Positions 53,990 through 63,656 of a stretch of 64,000 nucleotides of DNA are shown piece after piece. The notes beneath the pieces were generated by a model that searched no databases, had not been told where the DNA came from, and saw only the letters and a list, made by a program, of their open reading frames with translations. Both the position numbers and the translations under genes were made by a program. The stretch's first letter is position 1. Every line of letters begins with the position of its first letter. Source of the DNA: a virus (lineage: Duplodnaviria > Heunggongvirae > Uroviricota > Caudoviricetes); the IMG/VR virus record IMGVR_UViG_3300022468_000500, one strand, 5' to 3'.

Positions 53990-54967
53990 ATGGAACAACA
54001 ACTCCCAATTCTATCTGAAGAGGTAGATAAGGAATGCAAACCATACGATACGTATGGTTTGAAAACGAAGGAAGACAAAATGGAACATATTGTAACACAG
54101 GCACCTAGTAATGATGCTGCCCTAATTGCTGCACTAACCGCTAATCGTGGTGGTGGTGACGGCCTAGGTTTTGGCGGCATGGGTATGGGCGGCCTGTTAG
54201 TCGGCGCTCTATTAGGAAGCAACGGAGGTCTCTTCGGCGGCAACCGTAACAACGTAGAAGGCGTAGTAACGCCTACAATGCTATCTAGCTCACTAGATGG
54301 CGTAATGGCCAACAGCAACAACACGGCTATTCAAACCAAGCTAGGTACTATTGAAGCAGCTATCCCTTATAACGAAGCACAAATGCAACTAGCTTTAGCT
54401 GGTAGTACTGCAAGTATTCTAGGTGCTGCACAGCAAAATGCACTATCTATTGCTAATGGTGTCGCTAACACGAACCAGTCAATTAACAACGCTATTGCGA
54501 CTTCTCTAGAGTCACAAAACCGTCTAAAAGACAATATTACTAGCACAGGTGCAGCTAATCTAGCCGCAACTAACCAAGTAGGTAACCAGGTACAGCAAAA
54601 TGCGTTCATTCTTGCCCAAGCTATTACAAATGATGGCGAGCGTACTCGTGCTCTTATTACTAGCCAGTATGAAGCTAATCTACAGCGTGAACTAACAGTA
54701 GCACAAAATGCTCTAACAGAACAGCGTAATGCTGCTCGTGTTCGTGAAGTAGAAGTGAATGTTACAAACAACGCTACAGCTACTGCTCAACAATCACAAG
54801 CGCAATATCAACAACAGCAACAATTACAACTATTAGTGCAACAAAATGCTCTAATTAGTAATCTAGCTAATGATATTCAAATGGTACGTCAAGGTCAAAC
54901 TATTTTCAATAGTGGAACCATGGCAGCTAGTGGTACTCAAGCAGCCGCTAACACACGCGTGAACTAA
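53990..54967 (+). CDS. low-complexity Gly/Gln/Asn/Ala-rich protein (structural or decoration candidate)
   Basis: 325 aa with GGGDGLGFGGMGMGG glycine block and long Q/N/A-rich region; own promoter and terminator. Confidence 0.4.
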   Translation: MEQQLPILSEEVDKECKPYDTYGLKTKEDKMEHIVTQAPSNDAALIAALTANRGGGDGLGFGGMGMGGLLVGALLGSNGGLFGGNRNNVEGVVTPTMLSSSLDGVMANSNNTAIQTKLGTIEAAIPYNEAQMQLALAGSTASILGAAQQNALSIANGVANTNQSINNAIATSLESQNRLKDNITSTGAANLAATNQVGNQVQQNAFILAQAITNDGERTRALITSQYEANLQRELTVAQNALTEQRNAARVREVEVNVTNNATATAQQSQAQYQQQQQLQLLVQQNALISNLANDIQMVRQGQTIFNSGTMAASGTQAAANTRVN

Positions 54968-54969
54968 GA

Positions 54970-55003
54970 TAAATAAGCCTCCTCTTTAGGAGGCTTATTT
55001 TTT
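54970..55003 (+). terminator. rho-independent terminator
   Basis: aagcctcctctttaggaggctt followed by attttttgg. Confidence 0.65.
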
Positions 55004-55064
55004 GGCTTGACATTTTTTAGGGTACGTGATAGACTAAGGGGAATGAGATTTTCGGAGAATAATA

Positions 55065-55562
55065 ATGAGTACTACTAAGAATCTGCCAGCTAGAACCCCT
55101 GCAGAAGTTTTAACAATAGCACCTGAAGCACTAGAAGTAGCTAATACTTATCTTCAGTACCAAGACATTAAAGAAACAGCAAGATTATGCGACATTCCTA
55201 CTCAGCTTGTAGCTGAGATATTGTCGCGTCGTGAAGTTAAGGCTTATATTGATGAAGTCTTTATTAACGTAGGTTTTAACAACAGGTTTAAAGCCCGTGC
55301 TGCAATGGATGCTTTGCTTACTAAGAAGTTCCAAGAAATGGAAGAAGCTGACGTTGGTAGCAGCAAAGATATTACAGAATTAATGGCATTGTCACATAAA
55401 ATGACAATGGACCACATTAACGCCCAGATTAAGTTAGAAGAACTGAAAGAAAAGAACATTAAGAATCAATTAAATGTTCAGATTAACAATAATGCCGAGG
55501 GTGGTGGAAGTTCATACGAAAAACTACTACACGCCCTAATGGGTGAAGGAAGAACAGTCTAA
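55065..55562 (+). CDS. terminase small subunit candidate
   Basis: 165-aa ORF immediately upstream of and abutting the large terminase; helical, HTH-like N-terminus. Confidence 0.45.
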   Translation: MSTTKNLPARTPAEVLTIAPEALEVANTYLQYQDIKETARLCDIPTQLVAEILSRREVKAYIDEVFINVGFNNRFKARAAMDALLTKKFQEMEEADVGSSKDITELMALSHKMTMDHINAQIKLEELKEKNIKNQLNVQINNNAEGGGSSYEKLLHALMGEGRTV

Positions 55563-56881
55563 TGCTATTTATCTCTAGACCCGACATTAGCCCAGATACG
55601 CTTACAGAGTACCCACAGTCTACTAGGTTCATTAAGCTACCTATTAAACCGTATCTGAAGCTATTACCTGCTAAGGACCCTGACACAGGACTTCCTTCTA
55701 ATGCATGGGAACAAATCAATCGCCCTCAAACAGCACTAATTAATGCGTTAAATAATCCGGCTTACCGTTTTATTTGCGCAGCTTTGTCACGTCGTCTTGG
55801 TAAGACCTACATTTGTAATATTGTAGCACAACTTGTAGTACTAGTACCAGGCAGTAACGTACTTATTATTTCCCCTAACTATTCTCTATCTAGTATTTCG
55901 TTCGAACTACAAAGAACACTAATTAAACAGTTCGACCTAGAAGTAACCCGTGACAACTTAAAAGATAAGGTTATTGAATTAGCAAATGGCTCCACAGTAC
56001 GTATGGGTTCCGTTGGTACTGTAGACTCTGTACTAGGTCGTTCTTATGACCTAATTCTGTTTGACGAAGCAGCTATTTCTGAACATGGCGAAGAAGCCTT
56101 CAACATTCAATTACGTCCGACCCTAGATAAGCCAGGTGCTAAAGCTGTATTCATTTCTACTCCTCGTGGTAGAATGAATTGGTTCTCAAAGTTCTTTGAT
56201 CGCGGACTTTCTGACGAGTACCCAGAATGGTGCTCACTACAAGCAGACTATACTGAAAATCATCGTATGTCTGAAAAGGACGTAGCAGAAGCCAGAAAGA
56301 GTATGTCTAAAGCCGAATTCGAACAAGAATACATGGCTTCATTCACTAGCTTCCAAGGACAGATTTTCAACTTTGACCCTACTCATGTACAGGATTATGC
56401 ACCCGAAGATAAGGCAGAACCATTAGCAGGTCTAGACCCAGGCTATAAAGACCCTACTGCTATGGTAGTTATAATGTACCATCCGATTACAGATTTGTAT
56501 TGGATTGTAGACGAGTACCAAGAAGAAGGACTTACTACAGCTGTACACGTAGAAACTATAAAACCTCTTCTGGAAAAATGGGAGGTAGACACAGTTTTCG
56601 TAGATAGTGCAGCAGCCCAATTTAGTGCCGACTTAGCTTATGAGTACGATATTGCTACTGCCAAAGCTAAAAAGGACGTACTACCAGGTATTGCCAAAGT
56701 TCAGAATATCATTGAACAAGGAAAACTACGTGTAGCCCCACACTGTACTAACGTTCTAGCTTGTCTAGACCAATACAGATGGGACCCTAAGGATAGCTTA
56801 CAGAAAGAGCGTCCAGTACACGACAAGCATTCACATATGGCAGATGCCATCAGGTACTGCGTGTACTCGTTTGTAACGTAA
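55562..56881 (+). CDS. terL: terminase large subunit
   Basis: 439 aa; Walker A-like ALSRRLGKT; ATPase then nuclease-domain layout; located before portal. Confidence 0.8.
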   Translation: MLFISRPDISPDTLTEYPQSTRFIKLPIKPYLKLLPAKDPDTGLPSNAWEQINRPQTALINALNNPAYRFICAALSRRLGKTYICNIVAQLVVLVPGSNVLIISPNYSLSSISFELQRTLIKQFDLEVTRDNLKDKVIELANGSTVRMGSVGTVDSVLGRSYDLILFDEAAISEHGEEAFNIQLRPTLDKPGAKAVFISTPRGRMNWFSKFFDRGLSDEYPEWCSLQADYTENHRMSEKDVAEARKSMSKAEFEQEYMASFTSFQGQIFNFDPTHVQDYAPEDKAEPLAGLDPGYKDPTAMVVIMYHPITDLYWIVDEYQEEGLTTAVHVETIKPLLEKWEVDTVFVDSAAAQFSADLAYEYDIATAKAKKDVLPGIAKVQNIIEQGKLRVAPHCTNVLACLDQYRWDPKDSLQKERPVHDKHSHMADAIRYCVYSFVT

Positions 56882-56911
56882 AAATATCCCTCCGCAAAAA
56901 TGAGCTTGACC

Positions 56912-56945
56912 TCACACGTTTACTAGGTTATAATTTGAACATCAC
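56912..56945 (+). promoter_or_regulatory. promoter TTGACC-N17-TATAAT in front of the HNH gene
   Basis: ttgacctcacacgtttactaggttataat. Confidence 0.5.
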
Positions 56946-56966
56946 GAAAATTGCATAAGAAAAATA

Positions 56967-57386
56967 ATGGCAGTTAACACTAATAAACGTATACCGGTCA
57001 AGCACATCCGGGATGGGGCTAAAGCAGCCTATAACAAACAGGCTCACTGCTACATTTGTGGCACTAGTGAAGAATTAGAATTGCATCACACGCACTCTCT
57101 TACCCTGCTACTAAATAAGTGGGCAAAAGAAAAAGGCTATGATCTTTCGACTGACGAGCTAGTTTTAGCTATTAGAGACGAGTTTATTCAGGAACACCGT
57201 TACGAGTTATACGATGCAGTTTATACCTTATGTAATCCGCATCATGTAAAACTTCACAGTGTGTACGGAAAAGCTCCTCCACTAAGTACGGCGGATAAAC
57301 AAAGCAAATGGGTAGAAGTTCAAAAGTCCAAGTTCGATGGTACGTATGTAGCACCTAAGACTTCGTTATTTGGAGCCTTTACATAA
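56967..57386 (+). CDS. HNH homing endonuclease
   Basis: CYICGTSEELELHHTHSL ... CNPHHVKLH HNH zinc-finger core. Confidence 0.75.
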   Translation: MAVNTNKRIPVKHIRDGAKAAYNKQAHCYICGTSEELELHHTHSLTLLLNKWAKEKGYDLSTDELVLAIRDEFIQEHRYELYDAVYTLCNPHHVKLHSVYGKAPPLSTADKQSKWVEVQKSKFDGTYVAPKTSLFGAFT

Positions 57387-57395
57387 GGACGAATA

Positions 57396-58589
57396 ATGGG
57401 ATTTTGGAACAATATCAGAACCAAGCTTAATCCTGCGCAAGTAGAGATTAATAGAGAGCAAGGTGATCAAGGCAGTGATCAAAAGATTACTTACTTACAA
57501 GCCTTCGATAAATTAGAATCAGTAAATCGCGGCGTTAATATGATTGTTAACGCTTGCGCATCTTTAGAGTACGATGTTAAGGATAAGCTCCCTGATAGCG
57601 TAGCTCCTACACTAAGACAAAAAGCTGTACATCAGCTACTAAATTTCAGACCTAACCCTTACCAATCTATTCAGGATTTAAGAACCGCAGTGTTCCTAGA
57701 CTTTATTTTAGAAGGTAACGGTTTCATGTATTACGACGGTGCGTTCTTATACCACCTACCTGCTAAGTCAGTAGAAGTCCTTTCAGATCCATTAACCTTT
57801 GTAAAAGGGTATAAGTATGGTGAAACGACCTTCAAAGCAGATGAAGTAATTCATATCAAAGATTCAAGTTCAACGTCAATTTACCGTGGCACTTCTAGAT
57901 TGAAGTCTGCGGAACGCAACATTGAAATTCTGTACTCGATGCAGAAATTCCAGCAACAATTCTTTGATAACAATGCGATCCCTGGTCTTGTGTTTAGTTC
58001 CGAAAATACTCTTAGTAACATTGCTAAAGAAAAGACCATATCGCATTGGCTTCAAAAGTTTAGTCCCAAAAATGGTGCTAGACGGCCAATGATTCTAGAT
58101 AGCGGGTTAAAGCCAGTTAAAATCTTTGAAACAAACTTCAAAGAAATGGACTTTGACGTATCTATCAAAACACACGATGTAAAAATATTAAAGAGTCTAG
58201 GAGTACCTCCAGTACTACTAGATGGCGGCAATCAAGCCAATATTTCTCCAAACATGCGCCTGTTCTACTTAGAAACAGTATTGCCAATCGTACGTAAGTA
58301 CGTATCAGCATTAGAACGCTACTTTGGTTACGACATTGAAGCTATTACAACAACAGTTTCAGCATTACAGCCTGAACTAAGAGAATTAGGAGCCTTCCAT
58401 ACTGGTCTAGTAAATGGTGGCGTTATTACCCCTAATGAAGCACGTGCAGAGTTACGCTTCAAGCCTATCGCAGGACAGGATGAAATCAGAGTACCTGCAA
58501 ATATTGCTGGGTCCGCTGCTAACCCTTCTGAAGGCGGGCGTCCTGCCGGTAAAAAGCCGACAGCAGCACCAGACGAAGAAGACAACTAA
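57396..58589 (+). CDS. portal protein candidate
   Basis: 397-aa ORF between terminase and capsid genes; acidic Gly/Pro-rich C-terminus. Confidence 0.6.
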   Translation: MGFWNNIRTKLNPAQVEINREQGDQGSDQKITYLQAFDKLESVNRGVNMIVNACASLEYDVKDKLPDSVAPTLRQKAVHQLLNFRPNPYQSIQDLRTAVFLDFILEGNGFMYYDGAFLYHLPAKSVEVLSDPLTFVKGYKYGETTFKADEVIHIKDSSSTSIYRGTSRLKSAERNIEILYSMQKFQQQFFDNNAIPGLVFSSENTLSNIAKEKTISHWLQKFSPKNGARRPMILDSGLKPVKIFETNFKEMDFDVSIKTHDVKILKSLGVPPVLLDGGNQANISPNMRLFYLETVLPIVRKYVSALERYFGYDIEAITTTVSALQPELRELGAFHTGLVNGGVITPNEARAELRFKPIAGQDEIRVPANIAGSAANPSEGGRPAGKKPTAAPDEEDN

Positions 58590-58597
58590 GGACTCTT

Positions 58598-60535
58598 ATG
58601 AAAACTAAGGCGTTTGCCAAAGATAAGATTCTACACCTTGATAGCGTATTCCTAAAAGAAGATTCGGCCGAAGGCCCAGTTTTTATTAGCGGATACGCTT
58701 CTACTGTAGATATCGATAGAGCTAATGACGTTGTTCCTGCTCATGTGTGGGCTAAGGGCATCGAAAATTACCTAAAGAATCCAGTTATTCTAGCGCAACA
58801 TGACCATTCAAAGCCGATCGGTAGAATGGAAGAGCATAGAATTGACGAAAAGGGCCTGTGGATTAAGGCCAGAATCTCCCCTGCAGCAGAACATTATTTT
58901 GGACTAATTAAAGACGGTGTAGTTACCGCCTTCAGTATTGGTTTCAGAGTTCTAGACGCTGCTTACGATCACATTACAGATGTATTTGTGGTAAAAGAGC
59001 TAGAGCTTACTGAAATCAGTGCAGTAGCTGTCCCTTGTAACCCTAACACGCTGTTTAGTTTATCAAAAGCATTTGATAGCGAACAAGCGTATAACGATTT
59101 TAAAAAGCAATTCACACCCGAAAGCTCGTCAGCTAAAGGGCTCGACTCCTCAACGGAAGTGGATAGCACAAACCCTAAAAAGGAATTTAATATGAATGAA
59201 GACGAAATCAAGGCTATGGTAGCTGCTGCTGCTAAACAAGCTGCTGCCGATGCACTGGCAACTAAGGCTAAGGCTGATGCCGAAGCTGCTGCAGCTGCTA
59301 AGGCTAAGGCCGATGCTGATGCTGAAATTGAAGCTCGCGTAAAGGCAGCTGTAGCTGCTTCTGTAAGCTCAGGTCAATCCGGTGCAGAAAAGCTACTAGC
59401 TGAAGTTGAAAAGCGTATCAACGACGCTACCGAAGCTAGCAAAAATGTTCTAGCTGGTCTAGAAGCTGAACTAGCTCAAAAGGCTAGCGAACTAAAGGCT
59501 ATCCAAGAATCAAAGATGAAGTTTGGTCAAGATGGCGCAGGTTCTACTTATACAGAACGTGAAACAGCTTTCCTACTAAGTAAGATGAGCGGTAAGAGCA
59601 TTGAAGCAACCAAGTATGGCCGCTCAGTGATCGAAAAGGCTGGTCCTCACCAAGCAAGTCAAACATGGGAAACAGAAGTATCCCTAAACATGGAAAACGA
59701 AGTACGTCGTCGTCTAGTAGTAGCTCCTACGCTACGTCAGATTCAGATGGCTACTAACGTAATGACCCTACCTATCAACCCAGAAGCTGGTTATGGTACA
59801 TGGGTAACGAACGCACAGTTCGGTACCTCTGCTTCAGCTGGTGCGGCTCAAACCCATCAACTAAAAGAACTAACTATCAACGCGTACAAACTAGCTACTA
59901 GTGAATACCTAGCTTACGAAGAAGAAGAAGATAGCCTATTAGTGCTAACTCCTATCATCCGTGACGCTATGATTCGCCGTGTTGCTAAGTCCGTTGATAA
60001 GGCATTCCTAGTAGGCGTAGGTTCAGGTGCTGATCCAGTTAAGGGTCTAGCTATGTTCGACACAGTATCAGCTGTTACGTCACCAGTTGCTAATAAGGCA
60101 ACCGTTGCTAACATGATTGCTCTACGTAAGGACCTAGGTGCATGGGGTCTATCTCCATCAGAACTAGTGTATGTAGTTTCTACAGACGTTTACTACGATC
60201 TATTAGAAGACACGCTATTCCAGACAGTAGATAAGATCGGCGATAAGGCTACTCTACTAACTGGTCAAATCGGTGCTATTGGTAACACTCCAGTTATCGT
60301 AAGTGCTGAACTACCAGCTAAGGCTTCTGGTTCTACTGGTGCTGCTACTAACGTAGGCGCTCTAGTTTATCACAATGGTAACTTCCTAGTAGGTAACCAA
60401 CGTGGTATGCGTTTTGATACACAAGACCTAGTTGAAACACAACGTAAGGTAATGGTAGCTAGTCTACGTACTGGTCTACAACAAGTTACTACTAACCTAG
60501 GCGGTGCAGTATCCGCTTTCCGTTGGGTAGTGTAA
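58598..60535 (+). CDS. fused prohead protease - scaffold(delta) - major capsid protein
   Basis: 645 aa without internal stop: N-terminal about 190 aa HK97-type prohead protease-like; central A/K/E-rich coiled segment; C-terminal about 330 aa capsid-like; strong terminator follows. Confidence 0.65.
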   Translation: MKTKAFAKDKILHLDSVFLKEDSAEGPVFISGYASTVDIDRANDVVPAHVWAKGIENYLKNPVILAQHDHSKPIGRMEEHRIDEKGLWIKARISPAAEHYFGLIKDGVVTAFSIGFRVLDAAYDHITDVFVVKELELTEISAVAVPCNPNTLFSLSKAFDSEQAYNDFKKQFTPESSSAKGLDSSTEVDSTNPKKEFNMNEDEIKAMVAAAAKQAAADALATKAKADAEAAAAAKAKADADAEIEARVKAAVAASVSSGQSGAEKLLAEVEKRINDATEASKNVLAGLEAELAQKASELKAIQESKMKFGQDGAGSTYTERETAFLLSKMSGKSIEATKYGRSVIEKAGPHQASQTWETEVSLNMENEVRRRLVVAPTLRQIQMATNVMTLPINPEAGYGTWVTNAQFGTSASAGAAQTHQLKELTINAYKLATSEYLAYEEEEDSLLVLTPIIRDAMIRRVAKSVDKAFLVGVGSGADPVKGLAMFDTVSAVTSPVANKATVANMIALRKDLGAWGLSPSELVYVVSTDVYYDLLEDTLFQTVDKIGDKATLLTGQIGAIGNTPVIVSAELPAKASGSTGAATNVGALVYHNGNFLVGNQRGMRFDTQDLVETQRKVMVASLRTGLQQVTTNLGGAVSAFRWVV

Positions 60536-60547
60536 TTTAAATTAAGG

Positions 60548-60580
60548 ATCTGGTTTCAACCAGATCCTTTTAACAAGGCC
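60548..60580 (+). terminator. rho-independent terminator after the capsid gene
   Basis: ggatctggtttcaaccagatcc followed by ttttaac. Confidence 0.6.
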
Positions 60581-60609
60581 TCAATAGCCTTGTTAAAAGG
60601 AGAACAAAC

Positions 60610-61170
60610 ATGGGACTTCCCTTAGTAACTTTAGCCGAATATAAAGCGTATGCAGGGATCGCTAACCCAAAAGAAGATGCTGATATTGAGCTCCTTATAG
60701 TCAAGATCAGTGCATACGTTAAAAACCTATGCCGCAGAACTTTTATCGACTATGCTAGCACTCCAAAAGTAGAGATTCATAGTGGCGGTTTCAGTAACAT
60801 TATTACTGAAGAATACCCTATCTTATCTGTAAATAGCGTAGAATCAAGCTCTGATTACGGAGCTACTTATACAGCTTACACTGACTTCGTACACGATAAA
60901 CGTAGAGATGAAATCGTGTGCACCAATGGGATTTTTCCAGAAGGTGTTAACGCATTAAAGGTTACATACACTGCCGGGTTCGCCGCAATACCTGAAGACT
61001 TAAAACTAGCTGTATTTGACTTAATTACTTACTACCGTAAGAATGATTCTAGTATTCACTCGACTAAAGCACCAGGCACAAATGCTGTGCAGATTGAATA
61101 CATTACTAGTTCCGCCTTACCTATTCATATTCGTAGAGTGCTTGAACTATATATAGCGGATTACACATGA
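60610..61170 (+). CDS. head-tail connector/adaptor candidate
   Basis: 186-aa ORF directly after the capsid gene. Confidence 0.35.
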   Translation: MGLPLVTLAEYKAYAGIANPKEDADIELLIVKISAYVKNLCRRTFIDYASTPKVEIHSGGFSNIITEEYPILSVNSVESSSDYGATYTAYTDFVHDKRRDEIVCTNGIFPEGVNALKVTYTAGFAAIPEDLKLAVFDLITYYRKNDSSIHSTKAPGTNAVQIEYITSSALPIHIRRVLELYIADYT

Positions 61171-62366
61171 GAGCAGATAAAGTAGTAGCCCATTTGCTAG
61201 ACATTATTAAAAAGGACTTTAAAGTACCTTCTAATGATGACTATCACGTAATTGATGTATCTTACCAGACATTAAAAGTATCAGATATTAATCTGACCCT
61301 AGCTGATCACAAGCTACTACTTGACGCTTTCCAAGAAGATTTTGTATTTAGTGTAAACTTATCAAAATCAGTTCGTATAATTAAGGACATAGCAACTTCA
61401 AAAGACTTTATTACTTTTGTAAACGACCCAACCTATGGTCAGTTTATTCTAGGTAGAAGTTTTAGTACTATGCAGACCAAAGTTGCAGCTATTTTACAAA
61501 GAGTAAACGCTAGTGCAGCTTTTTCTGGCGGAGAAGGTATAGCAGGTGTAGAGCTTGGACCACCGACACCTTTATCTACTAAAGCAGTCAAACTTATCTC
61601 TAGACTACCGCTAAGTGCGGCCAAACCAATACTACGAGAATTAGACGAACTTTATAGCACGTACAATATTACAGCCTCCTATGCTTTCGATAAGAGCGAA
61701 GTAGACCTAAGTAATATTTTAGGTACTGCTGCCATTATAGTTAGTATTAGAAGTGAAGCATTTAGCTCAGCGTATAAGCAAGCAGAAGCTAAACTAGTTA
61801 AGAGTATAGTTAAATATGTATCATCGGAAGAATTCGTTGACGGTTTAGTAACTTCAACGCAAGGATTCGATTCCATAGTTAATAATATTGCCTCTCTAGT
61901 AGTAAAAGCAGTTTCTGGTAAGCCTATAGCTCCTAAACAAAAAGAAAAAGCCACTTCTAAGGGCAACGTTAAACCCAAGCACGTACCACAAGCATCAGTT
62001 AGCAGGTTACCCCCGTTACGAGATAAATCAGGTAAGTTCTATTCTTTAGCCAGTTTACAAGTATTACTAGATTTAATGCTTGCTGACCAAGTTAAAAAGA
62101 ACATGGGTGACGGTACTAGAAAAGATATTTTAAACTACAGAACTGGCAGATTTGCCGAATCTGTAAAAGTTGATAGGCTTACACAGTCTAAAACAGGTAT
62201 GATTACTGCGTTTTACACGTATATGAAATACCCGTATCAAACATTCGAGCCTGGATTCAGACAAGGTAGTCCAGCATCTAGAAACCCAAAGTTACTGATA
62301 AGCAAATCTATTCATGAAGTAGCAGCTACTCAGGTAGCTAACAGACTAAGAGCATTACCAGTATGA
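61167..62366 (+). CDS. structural-module hypothetical protein
   Basis: 399-aa ORF, overlapping starts and stops within the late operon. Confidence 0.35.
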   Translation: MRADKVVAHLLDIIKKDFKVPSNDDYHVIDVSYQTLKVSDINLTLADHKLLLDAFQEDFVFSVNLSKSVRIIKDIATSKDFITFVNDPTYGQFILGRSFSTMQTKVAAILQRVNASAAFSGGEGIAGVELGPPTPLSTKAVKLISRLPLSAAKPILRELDELYSTYNITASYAFDKSEVDLSNILGTAAIIVSIRSEAFSSAYKQAEAKLVKSIVKYVSSEEFVDGLVTSTQGFDSIVNNIASLVVKAVSGKPIAPKQKEKATSKGNVKPKHVPQASVSRLPPLRDKSGKFYSLASLQVLLDLMLADQVKKNMGDGTRKDILNYRTGRFAESVKVDRLTQSKTGMITAFYTYMKYPYQTFEPGFRQGSPASRNPKLLISKSIHEVAATQVANRLRALPV

Positions 62367-63094
62367 GTATAGGTATTTATAGACTAGTATTTAGTGGCAC
62401 TACTAAGTGTTATATAGGACAGTCCGTAAACATAGAAAAAAGATACTTGCAACATATTCAGTCTTTTAAAAATAGAACTGCCACTAAAAAGCTAATTGAT
62501 GCTCATACTTTATATGGGTTACCTACATTAGAAATTTTAGTAGAATGCGAGATAATAGAACTTAATGATAACGAAGAGTTAGCTATCAGTATCTTTGATG
62601 CTGTAAATAACGGGTTTAACACATACAGTAGTGCCACAGAAACACCATATGGCAAAGGCTTAGACGCAGGTAATTCTAAATATACAGAAAATGAGTTGCG
62701 TCAGGCATACTTACTGTTAGATACTCAATATAGTCTAACATATCAGGAGATATCAGATAAAGTCGGTATACCTAGCTATATAGTAGCTAATTTGGCAAGA
62801 GGGGATAGCCATGAGTGGCTAAAACTTGAATACCCTGAAATAGCCGCGTATCTGGCCTCCGATACCGCAAAAGCCGTAAGGAGAGACATAAGTAGTACGG
62901 CTATAATGACTAAAAATTCTGCTAGTGCACGTGGTATTCAATATCCATCATTGAAACATAAAGATGGTAGAATAGCTTCTAATATTGAAAATATGCGACA
63001 ATTTGCTAGAGATAACGATCTTAGAGCAAATCACTTAAATGAAGTGGTGCATAGAAAGAGAAAATCATGCGGAGGATGGTCACTAAATGAGTAG
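62363..63094 (+). CDS. GIY-YIG homing endonuclease
   Basis: MSIGIYRLVFSGTTKCYIGQSVNIEKRYLQH. Confidence 0.7.
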   Translation: MSIGIYRLVFSGTTKCYIGQSVNIEKRYLQHIQSFKNRTATKKLIDAHTLYGLPTLEILVECEIIELNDNEELAISIFDAVNNGFNTYSSATETPYGKGLDAGNSKYTENELRQAYLLLDTQYSLTYQEISDKVGIPSYIVANLARGDSHEWLKLEYPEIAAYLASDTAKAVRRDISSTAIMTKNSASARGIQYPSLKHKDGRIASNIENMRQFARDNDLRANHLNEVVHRKRKSCGGWSLNE

Positions 63095-63569
63095 AAGAAC
63101 ATCTATAGTTAATGCTATTGTAGAAAAGCTTAAAATAATTGATGGTACTGGAGATTTTAAAACTAATCTATACGATCAAGCACATGCTAAACTTGTATTT
63201 TGGGATAGCGTGGCCACTATGCCATCTGTTTATGCAGTGGCCGGAGCAGAACAGCGTGAGTATCTACCGGGTAATTTTGCTTGGGGATTCTTAAACGTAG
63301 CTCTTAAAGTGTATTGTAAAGGCGAAACCGCCCAAAAAGAGCTCGAAGATCTTTTAGAAGATATTGAGCGTGTTATCAATGCTAACCGAGTACTACAATA
63401 TGGGCCTTCAGTTCCTGCGTATACTCCGCCAGACCCTGTACCGCCTACAGTTTATGAAGGCGAAACTACAGAGATTCTGATAACTTCTATAATTACTGAT
63501 GAAGGTTTATTGGACCCATACGCAGTAGGGGAAGTTAATCTTCAAGTACGTTATCAAATAGTAATTTGA
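63087..63569 (+). CDS. structural-module hypothetical protein
   Basis: 160-aa ORF. Confidence 0.35.
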   Translation: MSRRTSIVNAIVEKLKIIDGTGDFKTNLYDQAHAKLVFWDSVATMPSVYAVAGAEQREYLPGNFAWGFLNVALKVYCKGETAQKELEDLLEDIERVINANRVLQYGPSVPAYTPPDPVPPTVYEGETTEILITSIITDEGLLDPYAVGEVNLQVRYQIVI

Positions 63570-63656
63570 TAGCCCTGATAGAGTAATAATACCGCCGCAG
63601 ATAAATATCTAGCTAGAGTAACACTGCTCTATCCTATATAAAAAGGAAATGAAATA

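Noticed and set aside
53968-54771. Minus-strand ORFs 53968..54324 (118 aa, Pro-rich) and 54367..54771 (134 aa)
   Set aside because: They are antisense to the well-signalled 53990..54967 gene. The proline and alanine richness is the mirror of that gene's Gly/Ala codons.
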